This document shows positions 1-9,866 of a DNA stretch of 64,000 bases, piece after piece. The notes below the pieces were generated by a model. It saw nothing but the letters and a program-made list of their open reading frames with translations. It had not been told where the DNA came from and did not search any database. Origin of the DNA: Bacteroidales bacterium (GTDB lineage: Bacteria > Bacteroidota > Bacteroidia > Bacteroidales > VadinHA17); assembly GCA_040769065.1 (NCBI GenBank), contig JAXGLU010000001.1:1991218-2055217 (forward strand), written 5' to 3'. How positions within the stretch are numbered: position 1 is the stretch's first letter; every line of letters begins with the position of its first letter. The position numbers were made by a program, and so were the translations under genes.

Positions 1-27
1 GCATCAAAAGATTCAAATAGCAGAAGA

Positions 28-98
28 CAGGACGAAACCCGTATGTTTTGAAAATTATGTACATATGTGTTTGTGTATGTGATATATGTGAATTTCAT
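28..98 (+). repeat. IR95 repeat, degenerate copy (IR95 is my working label for a ~95-bp hairpin-containing intergenic repeat family)
   Basis: 'gacgaaacccgtatgttttgaaaattatgtacatatgtgtttgtgtatgtgatatatgtgaatttcat' aligns by eye to the hairpin part of the copies at 21212-21502. The left AT-rich tail has diverged. Confidence 0.45.
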
Positions 99-293
99 TA
101 AATATTATGTAATATAGGCAGTAATACTACTATTATTGAAAAATATTTAATGATAAAGATTTCTCATTTGCAGTGATAATTCAATTGGGAAACATTAATT
201 TGAGCTAAACCCAGTTATATCATTCCCGGGATTTGTCCTGAAAATTTTTTAAATTTATAACAAGCAACATGTTACTAACTTAACCTCCAAAAA

Positions 294-1943
294 ATGAAAA
301 TACTTCGCCTTCTCCCACTGGTATTTCTGATATTCAGCTGCACACATAACAGTAATCAGAAAACAAATTGTGTCAATGTTGACGCCGAAATCTTACCCAC
401 CCTGGTGAATGATCATTTCGGGGGAGTGGGATTCAATGTCTTCGATCATATGCACAACGCATCACGCTGGCATTATGAGCAGATCTTCGCCAAAAGATGG
501 CGCGAACTCAATCCTTCTTTCGCCAGAGTTCCGGATGCCTGTAGCTGGGACTTCGGCAAAATTGACGAAGTGTCATGGTTCCTCGATGTTATGAAGGAAA
601 CAAATACCGAGATCTACATGACCACCTTCAGTAATACCTGCCTGAAGAAGGGCGTCAATGAAAACGAGTATGTGAAAAAAGAGGTCGACAATCTTGAATA
701 CCTTAAAAAAGTTAAGGGATTCAACAATATCACGTATTACTGCATGGCTAATGAGTTATCCCATGGGGAATGGGCATCCATGGTCAAAGACCTTGATTTT
801 TTCAAGAAGATCCACAAAATGTTCCATAATGAACTGCAATCAAGAAACCTCGGCATAGAACTACTGGCATCCGATGCATCCCCTTTTGAATACTGGCACA
901 CCATCGAATGGGCTGCAAACAATATGGACAGCATAACAGGTATTTACGGAGGGCATCACTATATAAATGACCGCGACCTGTTTGACAATTCTTTCTACAA
1001 ATACTTTCACGACAAAATAAAATGGGGAACCGACCTGGCCAAAACCAAAAACAAGAGATTCATCATGGGAGAATTCGGTGCAAAACAGAACAGTAATATT
1101 ATCGATTCTGTCATGCACGACGCAAATATGTATAACCATACCCCGCTTGAAAAATATATGTGCATTCAGGTGTCAGAAGCCATACTTGCATTAATAAATG
1201 CAGGATCTTACGCATGTGGATACTGGACTTTCAGTGATTTCCCCTTCCCGGCTAACGGCCGGCGCACAAACAAGTGGGGACTTTACCATTGGGAAATCGA
1301 TAACTATACAACCAAACCTGCCTATTACTGCCTTGGCCTGCTGACAAAATTCTTCAGAGGCCCCTCAGAAGCTTATGAGGTGGCTTTATCCGATTCTCTT
1401 ATCAGGGCTTCAGCAGTGAAAAATAAAGAGAACGGATCTGTTTCGGTAGCTGTAATAAACAGAAATGACCATCCTGCAAAAATCAACCTGAATCTGGGAT
1501 CCCTGACTGTTGACAAAGCTTTCAGAAAATACCTCTACGACCCTGAAAATGTACCGTTCAACTATTTTGGCGACCTTCAGGATCCATGCTGTAAAATACC
1601 TCTCAAGAAGAACGGCATCTCCGACATCATCCCGCCACATTCACTGGCAGTATACACCACCAGCTATGACGATGATCCGCCTGCAGGAGTCAGCAACCTG
1701 AAGATTGAAAGGATCAGGGAAGAAGGCCGCAACAGGGCGCTGCTAACCTGGGATCCAAATACCGAAAATGACCTGTGCTACTACAGAATCTACAGATCGA
1801 TAAAGCCCACCGTGGAAATCATTCCCCAAAACGAGATCGGAACAACTATTGCAAATTCGTTCAAGGATATTTCCGTTCATAACCTTCCGGAATATCACTA
1901 TCGGGTTATCGCAGTGGATCAATCGGGAAATGCCAGCAATTGA
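294..1943 (+). CDS. Secreted lipoprotein, clan GH-A-like TIM-barrel glycoside hydrolase with C-terminal Fn3-like domain
   Basis: 549-aa ORF with a signal peptide and lipobox 'LIFSC'. 'MANELSHGEW' (NE acid/base-like) and 'IMGEFGAK' (nucleophile E-like) are spaced as in clan GH-A. The C-terminal 'YYRIYRS...YHYRVIAVDQSGN' is Fn3-like. The GH family cannot be assigned by eye. Confidence 0.55.
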   Translation: MKILRLLPLVFLIFSCTHNSNQKTNCVNVDAEILPTLVNDHFGGVGFNVFDHMHNASRWHYEQIFAKRWRELNPSFARVPDACSWDFGKIDEVSWFLDVMKETNTEIYMTTFSNTCLKKGVNENEYVKKEVDNLEYLKKVKGFNNITYYCMANELSHGEWASMVKDLDFFKKIHKMFHNELQSRNLGIELLASDASPFEYWHTIEWAANNMDSITGIYGGHHYINDRDLFDNSFYKYFHDKIKWGTDLAKTKNKRFIMGEFGAKQNSNIIDSVMHDANMYNHTPLEKYMCIQVSEAILALINAGSYACGYWTFSDFPFPANGRRTNKWGLYHWEIDNYTTKPAYYCLGLLTKFFRGPSEAYEVALSDSLIRASAVKNKENGSVSVAVINRNDHPAKINLNLGSLTVDKAFRKYLYDPENVPFNYFGDLQDPCCKIPLKKNGISDIIPPHSLAVYTTSYDDDPPAGVSNLKIERIREEGRNRALLTWDPNTENDLCYYRIYRSIKPTVEIIPQNEIGTTIANSFKDISVHNLPEYHYRVIAVDQSGNASN

Positions 1944-2041
1944 CAAAACCCTGTCTGAATCACTGAATTTAGTTCATTTCAGGCTATGAGACTTACCTAT
2001 AGCCCTCCGGGAGTCCTCATACCTTCCAATTCCTCTTGTTT

Positions 2042-2491
2042 TCATTCCTTTTGATCTGGAATGACCAGGGGATATCTGTAAACATTGGTTTCGCGGAGTA
2101 TAAACCCGATTTTGCTGTATAACTGGTTTGCCGCGATCCTTGAAGGCCGCGAAGTAAGTTCTATCGATTCAGCGCCAAGAGACCTGGCAAATCCGATAGC
2201 AAATAATGTCAGTTCCCTGCCGATTCCCTTGCCCCTCTGAGACTCGTCTACAACCAGATCTTCGATCCATACCCTGATCCCTGTCGGGATCCTATATGTG
2301 GCTACGGTCAGAATACCGGCAACCTGACCATCATCAGATTCAGCCACAAAGAAATGAGCACTCTCAGAACGCAACATCTCTTTAAAATGCTCTCTGGAAG
2401 GTAATTTTATGCCGGGATCAAGCTGAGGCAACAATTTTAGAACTGCCTCATAAACCGTGTTGCTGAATCTTTTTATTTCCTTTATTGTCAT
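2042..2491 (-). CDS. GNAT family N-acetyltransferase
   Basis: 149-aa ORF with the acetyl-CoA binding motif 'VVDESQRGKGIGRELTLFAI'. Confidence 0.85.
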   Translation of the reverse strand: MTIKEIKRFSNTVYEAVLKLLPQLDPGIKLPSREHFKEMLRSESAHFFVAESDDGQVAGILTVATYRIPTGIRVWIEDLVVDESQRGKGIGRELTLFAIGFARSLGAESIELTSRPSRIAANQLYSKIGFILRETNVYRYPLVIPDQKE

Positions 2492-2551
2492 GCGAAAACA
2501 GAGTTATTATGTTGATAATGATTAATCTGACAGAAAGGCAATAGTATATGG

Positions 2552-3019
2552 TTAAGCCGTAAAATTTACGTTTGCCCCGGTAAGATGATCAATGTTACCA
2601 AGGGAATACTTAAGGGCGGCCCTCGCCAGTATCCTGGTTAAATCCAGCACCGGAAGCGAAGATTCACCGGGAAGCACGATCAACGGAATTTCGGTGCATC
2701 CAAGTACAACAGAGTCACAACCTTTCAGTCGTAGTTCATCAATAATCCTCTGAAAACAATCCTTCGATTCATTGGTTATGGTTCCATAAACAAGCTCGCT
2801 GAAGATGATATCATTTATTCTGACCCTCTGTTCTTCCTCCGGGATGCAGTAACTTATATTATTTCGTTGAAATACATCTGTATATACCGCACCTTCCATA
2901 AGGAAACTGGTTCCCAGGATCGCTGCTTTCCTTAATTTTCCTGCCACTGCAACATTTGCAACTTCTTCAGCAATATGAAGCCATGGCAGGGGCGGAGAAT
3001 ATTCTTCCCTGGCTTCCAC
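2552..3019 (-). pseudogene. 5'-truncated aspartate/glutamate racemase family gene
   Basis: The ORF begins near the conserved 'P(L)LHIA' segment and retains the second catalytic-Cys motif 'VVLGCTEIPLIV'. About 90 N-terminal residues, including the first Cys motif, are absent, and no upstream frame continues the protein. Confidence 0.55.
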
Positions 3020-3166
3020 AATTCGATGAATATATTACTTTTTTTAAAGTCAGTTAATTGTATCAAAATTAGTACTAATTTTATGGTTATGAAATGTGTT
3101 TCCAGAATGAACAAAAATCCGACCTGTTAACACACTGTCGCAAATATAAATCTAAACGCCAAAACC

Positions 3167-3763
3167 ATGCCGGATAATTTCTTCAACCTGAATAATCCCG
3201 ATTTCTGGGGTATCCTGATAAGGTTCTTTATTAACCTTATTTTCCTGTCGCTGCTCATTCTGGTTGTATATTTCAGATACTCAAAGAAAGAGAAGTTCGT
3301 GTTCACCTTCTTCCTTATGGGTATCACCGTCTTCTTCATCAGCTCAATGCTCAAGTCGGTCTTTATTGAATTCGGGATGGCAGTAGGACTAATAGCCATT
3401 TTCGCTATTCTCAGGTTCAGAACAAGAAACTTCAGTCTTAAGGATATGTCGTACATCTTTACATCCATCGCAATCTCTATGATAAATTCCCTTAAGCTGG
3501 TTGGCTTCCCTCTGCTGGGGGTTGTAATCTTCAATATCATTATAATTGCAACCGCGGTCGCTTTGGAAGAGTTTACGAGGAAATTCAACACTGTTACACA
3601 TTCAATAGTTTATGAAGATCTCGATCTCCTTAAAACAGCCAAAAAGCAAAAACTCCTGAAAGAGATCTCGGTGCTTACGGGTAAAAACATCATAAAGGTC
3701 AAAATAAGAAGAGTCAACTATAAAGATAAAACTGCATTGCTGGATATATCCTACAAGGAATAA
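3167..3763 (+). CDS. DUF4956-like multi-pass membrane protein
   Basis: 198-aa ORF with 4-5 hydrophobic segments. 'FAILRFRTRNFSLKDMSYIF' resembles the DUF4956 core as I remember it. Confidence 0.55.
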   Translation: MPDNFFNLNNPDFWGILIRFFINLIFLSLLILVVYFRYSKKEKFVFTFFLMGITVFFISSMLKSVFIEFGMAVGLIAIFAILRFRTRNFSLKDMSYIFTSIAISMINSLKLVGFPLLGVVIFNIIIIATAVALEEFTRKFNTVTHSIVYEDLDLLKTAKKQKLLKEISVLTGKNIIKVKIRRVNYKDKTALLDISYKE

Positions 3764-3896
3764 CCCGCATCTGAACCAGGATGATGGCATCTCTTAATCC
3801 CATAATCAACCAGACTCAGTTGATAATTATTTCTGTTAAGGCTTATGATTTCCTGGCCGGAGCCTCCGGGAGTGTCGCTTTTTCATAAACATAAAA

Positions 3897-4784
3897 ATGT
3901 ATAAATTTCTCTTTGCCATATACCGGGTACTCGTACCGAAGTCCCTCAGAACTGTGATCCTTAAAAAGAATCTCAGAAAAAAGATTTCGGCATATTTCAA
4001 ATCCATTTCTCAGGTTGAGCTTAACGATGATCAGAAGGAAATTCTGGACTTCCTTGAAAGCAACCAGGTAAGGATATTTCCCTATCCTTTTCATGATAAC
4101 TATTCACCTGATAAAATCGATGTGAAATATGATCCGGAAAAGTCGATGCGCTTCATAATGCACGATGGAAAACGGTTATATTTCAAGAAGCGATGGGGCT
4201 TGTCGCACATTAAAAGAGCCTATTCCGATCTGTTAAGGGAGCAGGATCCCGGGAGTCCCCACCGGTACCTTACAGATAAATTCATGATCGGTGAAAATGA
4301 GGTGATAGCAGATATAGGTGCGGCAGAAGGCAATTTCTCGCTTTCGGTTATAGAAAAAGCAAAGAAGATATATCTTTTTGAATATGACAGGGAATGGATT
4401 GAAGCGTTGGAGGCAACATTTGCTCCATGGAAGGAAAAAATTGAAATAATAGGTAAATATGTGTCAAACCGTAACGATGATTCTCACATCAGGTTCGACA
4501 CCTTTTCAAAGGACAATAAAGATGTTACTTTTCTTAAAATTGACGTTGACGGAGCTGAATCTGAAGTTCTTGAAGGATGTGAGAACTTTTTCGCCGATGG
4601 TGGCAGCCGGCTGAAAATTGCGCTTTGCACCTATCATAAGAATGACGATGAGAAGAATTTTACGGAAAAGCTGAAAAGTCACGGATTCACAGTAACTCCT
4701 TCAAAGGGTTATATGATAAATTACTACGACAAGAATTTAAAAGCTCCCTGGCTCAGAAGGGGGCTCATCAGGGCTGAGAGATAG
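3897..4784 (+). CDS. FkbM-family SAM-dependent methyltransferase
   Basis: 'VIADIGAAEGNFSL' (SAM motif I) and 'FLKIDVDGAESEVLEG' are typical of FkbM methyltransferases. Confidence 0.6.
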   Translation: MYKFLFAIYRVLVPKSLRTVILKKNLRKKISAYFKSISQVELNDDQKEILDFLESNQVRIFPYPFHDNYSPDKIDVKYDPEKSMRFIMHDGKRLYFKKRWGLSHIKRAYSDLLREQDPGSPHRYLTDKFMIGENEVIADIGAAEGNFSLSVIEKAKKIYLFEYDREWIEALEATFAPWKEKIEIIGKYVSNRNDDSHIRFDTFSKDNKDVTFLKIDVDGAESEVLEGCENFFADGGSRLKIALCTYHKNDDEKNFTEKLKSHGFTVTPSKGYMINYYDKNLKAPWLRRGLIRAER

Positions 4785-4792
4785 TTTCCTGA

Positions 4793-5776
4793 TCAGGATC
4801 TGAAATTTACAGAACGAGGACTGATCCAACTCAGCCTTAACAAGGCTCCTGAATAATAACCCAACAACCTTCTAAAAACAAGGGTTTTGACAAATATGCT
4901 GGGAATAAAGAAGAATACAATTCCCACAATAGCACATATAAAACCTGATGTTAAATTAATAACAACAAGCAAGATCTGCATCAGTATCTTTTCCACACCT
5001 TTAATGTGCTTGCTTACATAAACATGCTCCGAAATCATAACTTCGGTCTTGGTTATGGATGTTGTTTTAAGGTTCACCCTTGAGCTTCCCCCATGATTAT
5101 GTTCAATGGTGACATTTCTCAGGAATACCACCCTGCCTCCTGAATCATGAATCCTTTTACACAGGTCAACATCTTCGTAATACATCCAGAAATCTTCATC
5201 AAATCCTCCGATATGTTGAAATGCCTTTTTGCTGATAAGTATAACAGAACCGGAAACCCAGTCAGGGTAAAGGATGCTACCCTGGGCATCTCCGGGGATA
5301 TCTTTTCGTGAATTTCCTGAAAATGATCTCTGGATTCCTGTCATATTTCTTATTGACGGGAACTGTCCATAAGGGCGGCCCTCCTTCCCTTTTTCACTTA
5401 CCTGCCGGCATGACAATAAGGTGGCACCGGGATTCTGCTGTGCGGCTGACAGCAGTTTTCCCACTTCTTTCTCCAGAATGACGGTATCGGGATTAAGAAA
5501 GAGCAGGAACTCTCCTTCGGCAACACTTGCACCAAGGTTACAACCGTTGGCGAAACCTCCGTTAACGCTATTCTTTATGAAGCGGATGCCGGGAAAGTCT
5601 TTTTCAATCCCGCTTATCATTCCATCAGAAGAGTTGTTATCGACAACTAATACTTCCATGCTGAACCGGCTGGAACCGAAGATACTGAGTGACTCAAGGC
5701 ATTTAAGAAGCCGGTTCCAGCCCCTGTGGCAGACTATTATTACTGAAATATCTTTCATTCGGGAAGGGGCATTCAT
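4793..5776 (-). CDS. Family 2 glycosyltransferase with C-terminal membrane segments
   Basis: 'ISVIIVCHRGWNRLLKCLESL', 'VVDNNSSDG', 'NGGFANGCNLG', 'FLNPD' and 'YYEDVDLC' are GT2 hallmarks. Confidence 0.85.
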   Translation of the reverse strand: MNAPSRMKDISVIIVCHRGWNRLLKCLESLSIFGSSRFSMEVLVVDNNSSDGMISGIEKDFPGIRFIKNSVNGGFANGCNLGASVAEGEFLLFLNPDTVILEKEVGKLLSAAQQNPGATLLSCRQVSEKGKEGRPYGQFPSIRNMTGIQRSFSGNSRKDIPGDAQGSILYPDWVSGSVILISKKAFQHIGGFDEDFWMYYEDVDLCKRIHDSGGRVVFLRNVTIEHNHGGSSRVNLKTTSITKTEVMISEHVYVSKHIKGVEKILMQILLVVINLTSGFICAIVGIVFFFIPSIFVKTLVFRRLLGYYSGALLRLSWISPRSVNFRS

Positions 5777-5851
5777 GTCCGGCTTTTTACCAGGTTAAAT
5801 GGTGCCGGTATTGTTTCTTTCAATAAGCCATTCATAAAGGTTCAGAGATCA

Positions 5852-6967
5852 TTATTTCCCGGAAGGCTTATAATTTCTTTTTACCCTGTCGATAACATCA
5901 AGCAAGCCGTCGGAATAAATGTCACCGCCAAGGTGCCAGTACATGATACCGCCAAGGCCATTGTCAATCACATATCTTGCTTTCGACTCAACTGAACGCT
6001 CGTCGTCATAGGTAAAAAACTGCTTCTTTGAAGAATTATATAAATACGGAGCGCTTGCAGTTTCATCCCAGTGATAAACCCATCCGCTGTCGGCCGATAA
6101 CTGGGTAATGGCATTCCTGTATGTCATTGTATTTTTAAATTTGCCCGGCTGGGAAAGGCCGTTGTCAATATTTTCCACATTCTCAAATATTTTACCGTAA
6201 AAAGCAGCTCCAACTATCAGCTTTTCCCGGGGCACTCCAAGTTCTATCAGCGTTTTTACTGTGCGATCAGCCGACCGTGGCTGCTGTTCCGTTGAATACA
6301 GGGCAGTGTGGTGCCCGGTAATCTTTGATCCCGGTCCCGAATGATCATAGGTCATCAGGTTTACATAATCCACCATTTTCATTACCGGCTTCCATTGAAT
6401 GGCTGAATCTATGAATCTTTGGGAACTACCAGCGGCAAAACTCAATTCATAGTTGTATCCGAGCTTTCTCAGTTCTTTCACCAGCAGTGTGAAGTTCTTT
6501 TTGTCAGCCGGAGAGAATTTATGCCCCGGATAACCTGCTATACCAGGGTACTCCCAGTCAAGATCCAAACCATCGACTTTAAAATAATCGTAAAATTCCT
6601 TTATTGACCGTGCAAAATCCTTCCTTCCCTGTTTTGTCGCGAAAACATCCGAACAAGTCTTGCATCCTCCCCATCCGCCAAGGGAAAGCAATACCTTAAG
6701 ATTGGGATTAATGCTTTTCATAGAAACCATTTTCTGAATCGTTACTGTATCCCTGGCACTTCTTACACTGAATAAGTTACCGTTCAGCCTTCCAAAGCAG
6801 AAGATGATGTGTGTCATTTTATTTGCATCATAGTTATCGAGTGCTTCAGGCGGACCGGAATAGTAAGACAAAACCCTTATATTGTTCTGCGGCTGTGATG
6901 ACAAGGGTAAAACAAAGGCGCCAAATGCCAGAAGTGCAATTAATGTTCTGATTACAGAAGCTTTCAT
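5852..6967 (-). CDS. GH18 chitinase-like glycoside hydrolase, secreted
   Basis: GH18 catalytic signature 'DGLDLDWEYPG'. The start was moved to 'MKASVIRTLIALLAFGAF' (ATG 6965-6967), where the signal peptide begins. The track ORF extends to 7090. Confidence 0.85.
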   Translation of the reverse strand: MKASVIRTLIALLAFGAFVLPLSSQPQNNIRVLSYYSGPPEALDNYDANKMTHIIFCFGRLNGNLFSVRSARDTVTIQKMVSMKSINPNLKVLLSLGGWGGCKTCSDVFATKQGRKDFARSIKEFYDYFKVDGLDLDWEYPGIAGYPGHKFSPADKKNFTLLVKELRKLGYNYELSFAAGSSQRFIDSAIQWKPVMKMVDYVNLMTYDHSGPGSKITGHHTALYSTEQQPRSADRTVKTLIELGVPREKLIVGAAFYGKIFENVENIDNGLSQPGKFKNTMTYRNAITQLSADSGWVYHWDETASAPYLYNSSKKQFFTYDDERSVESKARYVIDNGLGGIMYWHLGGDIYSDGLLDVIDRVKRNYKPSGK

Positions 6968-7361
6968 GAGCGAATAATTTTTAAATAGCAGGCCATATAC
7001 CTGAATATCAAAATACAGGCAGCCCACATGTTTTGAATATTCCTGTTCCGGACTATGCCTGAAACACATGCTGGTTTCATAGACTTGCATCAGTTTAAAA
7101 TCCGGTAAGATTTCAGTCCGGTATATCTCAGCGGGACTGAATTACAGCGTGAATATATACAAAAATTACAAGGGACTCAATGGTCTGCCCGGTGAATATC
7201 GGGAAGCAATACGGTTTTAAAACCGGCCCTTATTAACAAGGACTCCCGCTGGTAAATGGCCGGGTAACGAGATCCTGATCAGGCTGCCTTTGCCCAACAT
7301 CCTGAACCTGATGTTTCACTCGTTCACCTTTTTTTTGTAAATTTGCTTACCGGAAAAAGAA

Positions 7362-7466
7362 TATGAAATCCACATGATTGAATGCAATAGCAAACACGTA
7401 AAGAATATAATTATCAATTATGTGCTATTCCATCCGACCTTTAAAATCAATATTGTATGCGGATGA
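7362..7466 (-). repeat. IR95 repeat, reverse orientation
   Basis: 'atgaaatccacatgattgaatgc...caattatgtgctattccatccgacctttaaaatcaatattgtatgcggatga'. The terminal GGATGA supplies ATG 7463. Confidence 0.8.
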
Positions 7467-7567
7467 AAAAATATGTCAAAATCTTATTATGGATTGCCGG
7501 TGCGATTATCGCTTTAATGATTATTTATGCGGCAGTGTACCTGATAAATTATTTCATCAGTACATAA
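7463..7567 (+). CDS. Possible 34-aa single-pass membrane mini-protein (MKKYVKILLWIAGAIIALMIIYAAVYLINYFIST)
   Basis: Below the ORF-track cutoff. The start codon lies in the end of the IR95 copy at 7362-7466 and the stop TAA in the end of the copy at 7552-7653. The core is strongly hydrophobic. There is no other support. Confidence 0.25.
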   Translation: MKKYVKILLWIAGAIIALMIIYAAVYLINYFIST

Positions 7568-7653
7568 TTTTTATTTCAATGGTCTGATGGAACCGCACAT
7601 GTTTGATAATTATACACATAAGTGTTTGTGTATGAAATACATGTGGGTTTCAC
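7552..7653 (+). repeat. IR95 repeat, forward orientation (subtype with 'ggtctgatgg')
   Basis: 'tttcatcagtacataatttttatttcaatggtctgatggaaccgcacatgtttgataattatacacataagtgtttgtgtatgaaatacatgtgggtttcac'. Confidence 0.8.
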
Positions 7654-7773
7654 AGGGAAATAATAAGCAAATCACACCCATACATCAATGGCATAGACAC
7701 TTACGGGTGAATCTGATTACCAGGCAAATAGCGGCATGCCGGAAATAATATCCTAATAAAAAACATCTGAGCA

Positions 7774-8658
7774 ATGTTCATTGACTATTATAAATTACTT
7801 GGGGTTGATAAGAAGGCCACGCAGAAGGAAATAAAGAGCGCTTACCGTAAGCTTGCCAGGAAATACCACCCCGACCTTAACCCTAATGATAAGGATGCCA
7901 AACGGAAATTTCAGCAGATAAATGAAGCCAATGAGGTTCTTAGCGATCCGGAAAAGAGAAAGAAATACGACCATTACGGAGAACACTGGAAACATGCAGA
8001 AGACCATGCTCATGCCGGCGCATACGAACGACAGGCCTCAGGTGCAGAAAGAGATGGATACCGGAGGACCTATGACGATAGTGAGTTTTCCGAGTTCTTT
8101 GAATCGTTGTTTGGAGAATTCAGGACCGGAGGAAGAAGCAAACGGGTAAAATTCAGGGGGGAAGATTATAACGCAGAGCTTAATCTTGATCTCATCGATG
8201 CTTTCCGAACCCATCAGCGCACCCTGGAAGTTAACGGGAAAAAGATAAGAATCACAATCCCTGCCGGTATTGAGAACGGTCAGACAATTAAAATCGCCGG
8301 GCATGGAGGCAAGGGCATTAATGGAGGACCTGACGGCGATCTTTACATTACATTCCTTATCAACAATCATCCAAAGTTCAAGCGTCTTGGAAATAACCTG
8401 TACACAAATGTTGAGCTGGATCTGTATACAGCTGTTCTGGGTGGCGAGATCACAATAGATACCCTCAGCGGAAAAGTAAAACTCAAGGTCACGCCTGAAA
8501 CACAGAACGGAACCAAAATAAAACTGAAGGGAAAAGGCTTCCCTGTTTACAAAGCAAAGAACCAATACGGCGACCTGTATGTGACCTACACGATCAGGAT
8601 ACCAACAAACCTGACTGAAAGACAAAAAAAGTTATTTACGGAACTGGCCCGATCATAA
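7774..8658 (+). CDS. cbpA: DnaJ-class co-chaperone lacking the zinc finger (CbpA-like curved-DNA-binding protein)
   Basis: J domain 'DYYKLLGV...KYHPDLNP' followed directly by C-terminal substrate-binding domains. No CxxCxGxG repeats are present. Confidence 0.8.
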   Translation: MFIDYYKLLGVDKKATQKEIKSAYRKLARKYHPDLNPNDKDAKRKFQQINEANEVLSDPEKRKKYDHYGEHWKHAEDHAHAGAYERQASGAERDGYRRTYDDSEFSEFFESLFGEFRTGGRSKRVKFRGEDYNAELNLDLIDAFRTHQRTLEVNGKKIRITIPAGIENGQTIKIAGHGGKGINGGPDGDLYITFLINNHPKFKRLGNNLYTNVELDLYTAVLGGEITIDTLSGKVKLKVTPETQNGTKIKLKGKGFPVYKAKNQYGDLYVTYTIRIPTNLTERQKKLFTELARS

Positions 8659-8675
8659 TCTTAATATCAGGAAAA

Positions 8676-8981
8676 ATGAATAGTGGAAACCTAATATCTG
8701 CAACTGAGTTCTGCACAAGTCATAATATCGAGATTTCATTTATAAATTCACTTCAGGAAGCGGGACTTATAAAGATCACCACCCTCAGGGAAAAGGAATA
8801 TATTCATGAAAACCAGCTGAATGATCTCGAAAAAATCGTCCATCTATATTATGATCTCGATATAAACCTTGAGGGCATAGACACAATAATCAATCTGCTG
8901 AACAGGATAAATGAACTCCAGGGAGAAATAATTGACCTCAGAAACAAGCTTCGCCTGTATGAGGGTTATGAATTGTGGTAA
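8676..8981 (+). CDS. cbpM: CbpM-like chaperone modulator (MerR-type HTH)
   Basis: 101-aa ORF starting 18 nt downstream of the cbpA-like gene, matching the conserved cbpA-cbpM pairing. The assignment rests on context and size only. Confidence 0.5.
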   Translation: MNSGNLISATEFCTSHNIEISFINSLQEAGLIKITTLREKEYIHENQLNDLEKIVHLYYDLDINLEGIDTIINLLNRINELQGEIIDLRNKLRLYEGYELW

Positions 8982-9112
8982 ACAAAATGCCGCCTGGCAA
9001 CAACGTATTTATATCCCAACAATGATCACAGGAAGCGGAAGATCAGTGGTGATGATCATAAAGGATTCCGGAATCCGATATTACAGGTAATCATTCAAAC
9101 ATTCGGATCACT

Positions 9113-9652
9113 TCAATTAGAGCTGTTTTTCAGCTGTTGCCTCATGAGATATTCATTTTCCTCATCAAAGCACACAAAGATGATCTTGTCGATATCAGCT
9201 GACTGAGAAAGGAAATCCGTAACAGATCTGAAAGCTATCTCAGCAGCTTCTTTTTTTGGATAACCGTAAACCCCGGTACTGATGTTTGGAAAGGCAACTG
9301 ACCTGCAACTATTCTCAACTGCAAGCCTGAGTGAGTTTTTGTAACAGGCAGCTAGCTTTTCTGCCTCACCCACGCCTCCTCCCTGCCATACAGGTCCCAC
9401 AGTATGGATGACATATTTCGCAGGAAGTCTCCCTGCTCCTGTTATTACTGCCTCCCCGGTCATGCAGCCACCCTGTCTTGCCGCTATAATCCTGCATTCT
9501 TCCAATATGGCAGGACCACCGGCCCGGTGAATTGCCCCATCCACCCCTCCTCCTCCGAGAAGTGAGGAATTTGCTGCGTTTACAATGGCATCAACCCTGA
9601 TCGATGTAATATCTCCCCTTACTACTTCAATAAGTTCATGGATTTTATTCAT
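9113..9652 (-). CDS. ymdB: Macro-domain protein (O-acetyl-ADP-ribose deacetylase, YmdB-like)
   Basis: '[28 protein letters not shown]' and '[12 protein letters not shown]' are macro-domain signatures. Confidence 0.85.
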   Translation of the reverse strand: MNKIHELIEVVRGDITSIRVDAIVNAANSSLLGGGGVDGAIHRAGGPAILEECRIIAARQGGCMTGEAVITGAGRLPAKYVIHTVGPVWQGGGVGEAEKLAACYKNSLRLAVENSCRSVAFPNISTGVYGYPKKEAAEIAFRSVTDFLSQSADIDKIIFVCFDEENEYLMRQQLKNSSN

Positions 9653-9866
9653 ATATGTTTCTTTTTTTATTCGTCAATTACAAAACAAACCTCTGCAAAT
9701 CAACCACTCATAAATAGCACAGGCTTAAAAAAACATTATCCGGGCCGGTGTCAACAATTTAGCAATAATGACAATACGGAGCGATCATTCCCACCTATAA
9801 TAATTAAATTTAGCGTTTATTACAGGAATATAAGACAGACACGGATGTATAATTAATATTATTGAA

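Noticed and set aside
6968-7090. N-terminal extensions of track ORFs (5852-7090, 29572-30558, 41127-44582, 23299-23856, 36998-38320, 59760-60695)
   Set aside because: In each case an internal ATG is followed immediately by a canonical signal peptide or domain start. The upstream extension runs into promoter or repeat DNA.
7100-7330. Possible riboswitch (cobalamin- or TPP-like fragments such as 'ggtgaatatcgggaagc', 'cctgatcaggctgcc', and CTGAGA on the minus strand)
   Set aside because: The conserved cores (B12 box and GCCACTG context; the TPP 'CUGAGA...ACCUGAUCUGGAUAAUGCCAGCG' order) cannot be assembled on either strand. The downstream genes (mini-ORF/cbpA, or GH18 on the other strand) are not the expected regulatory targets.
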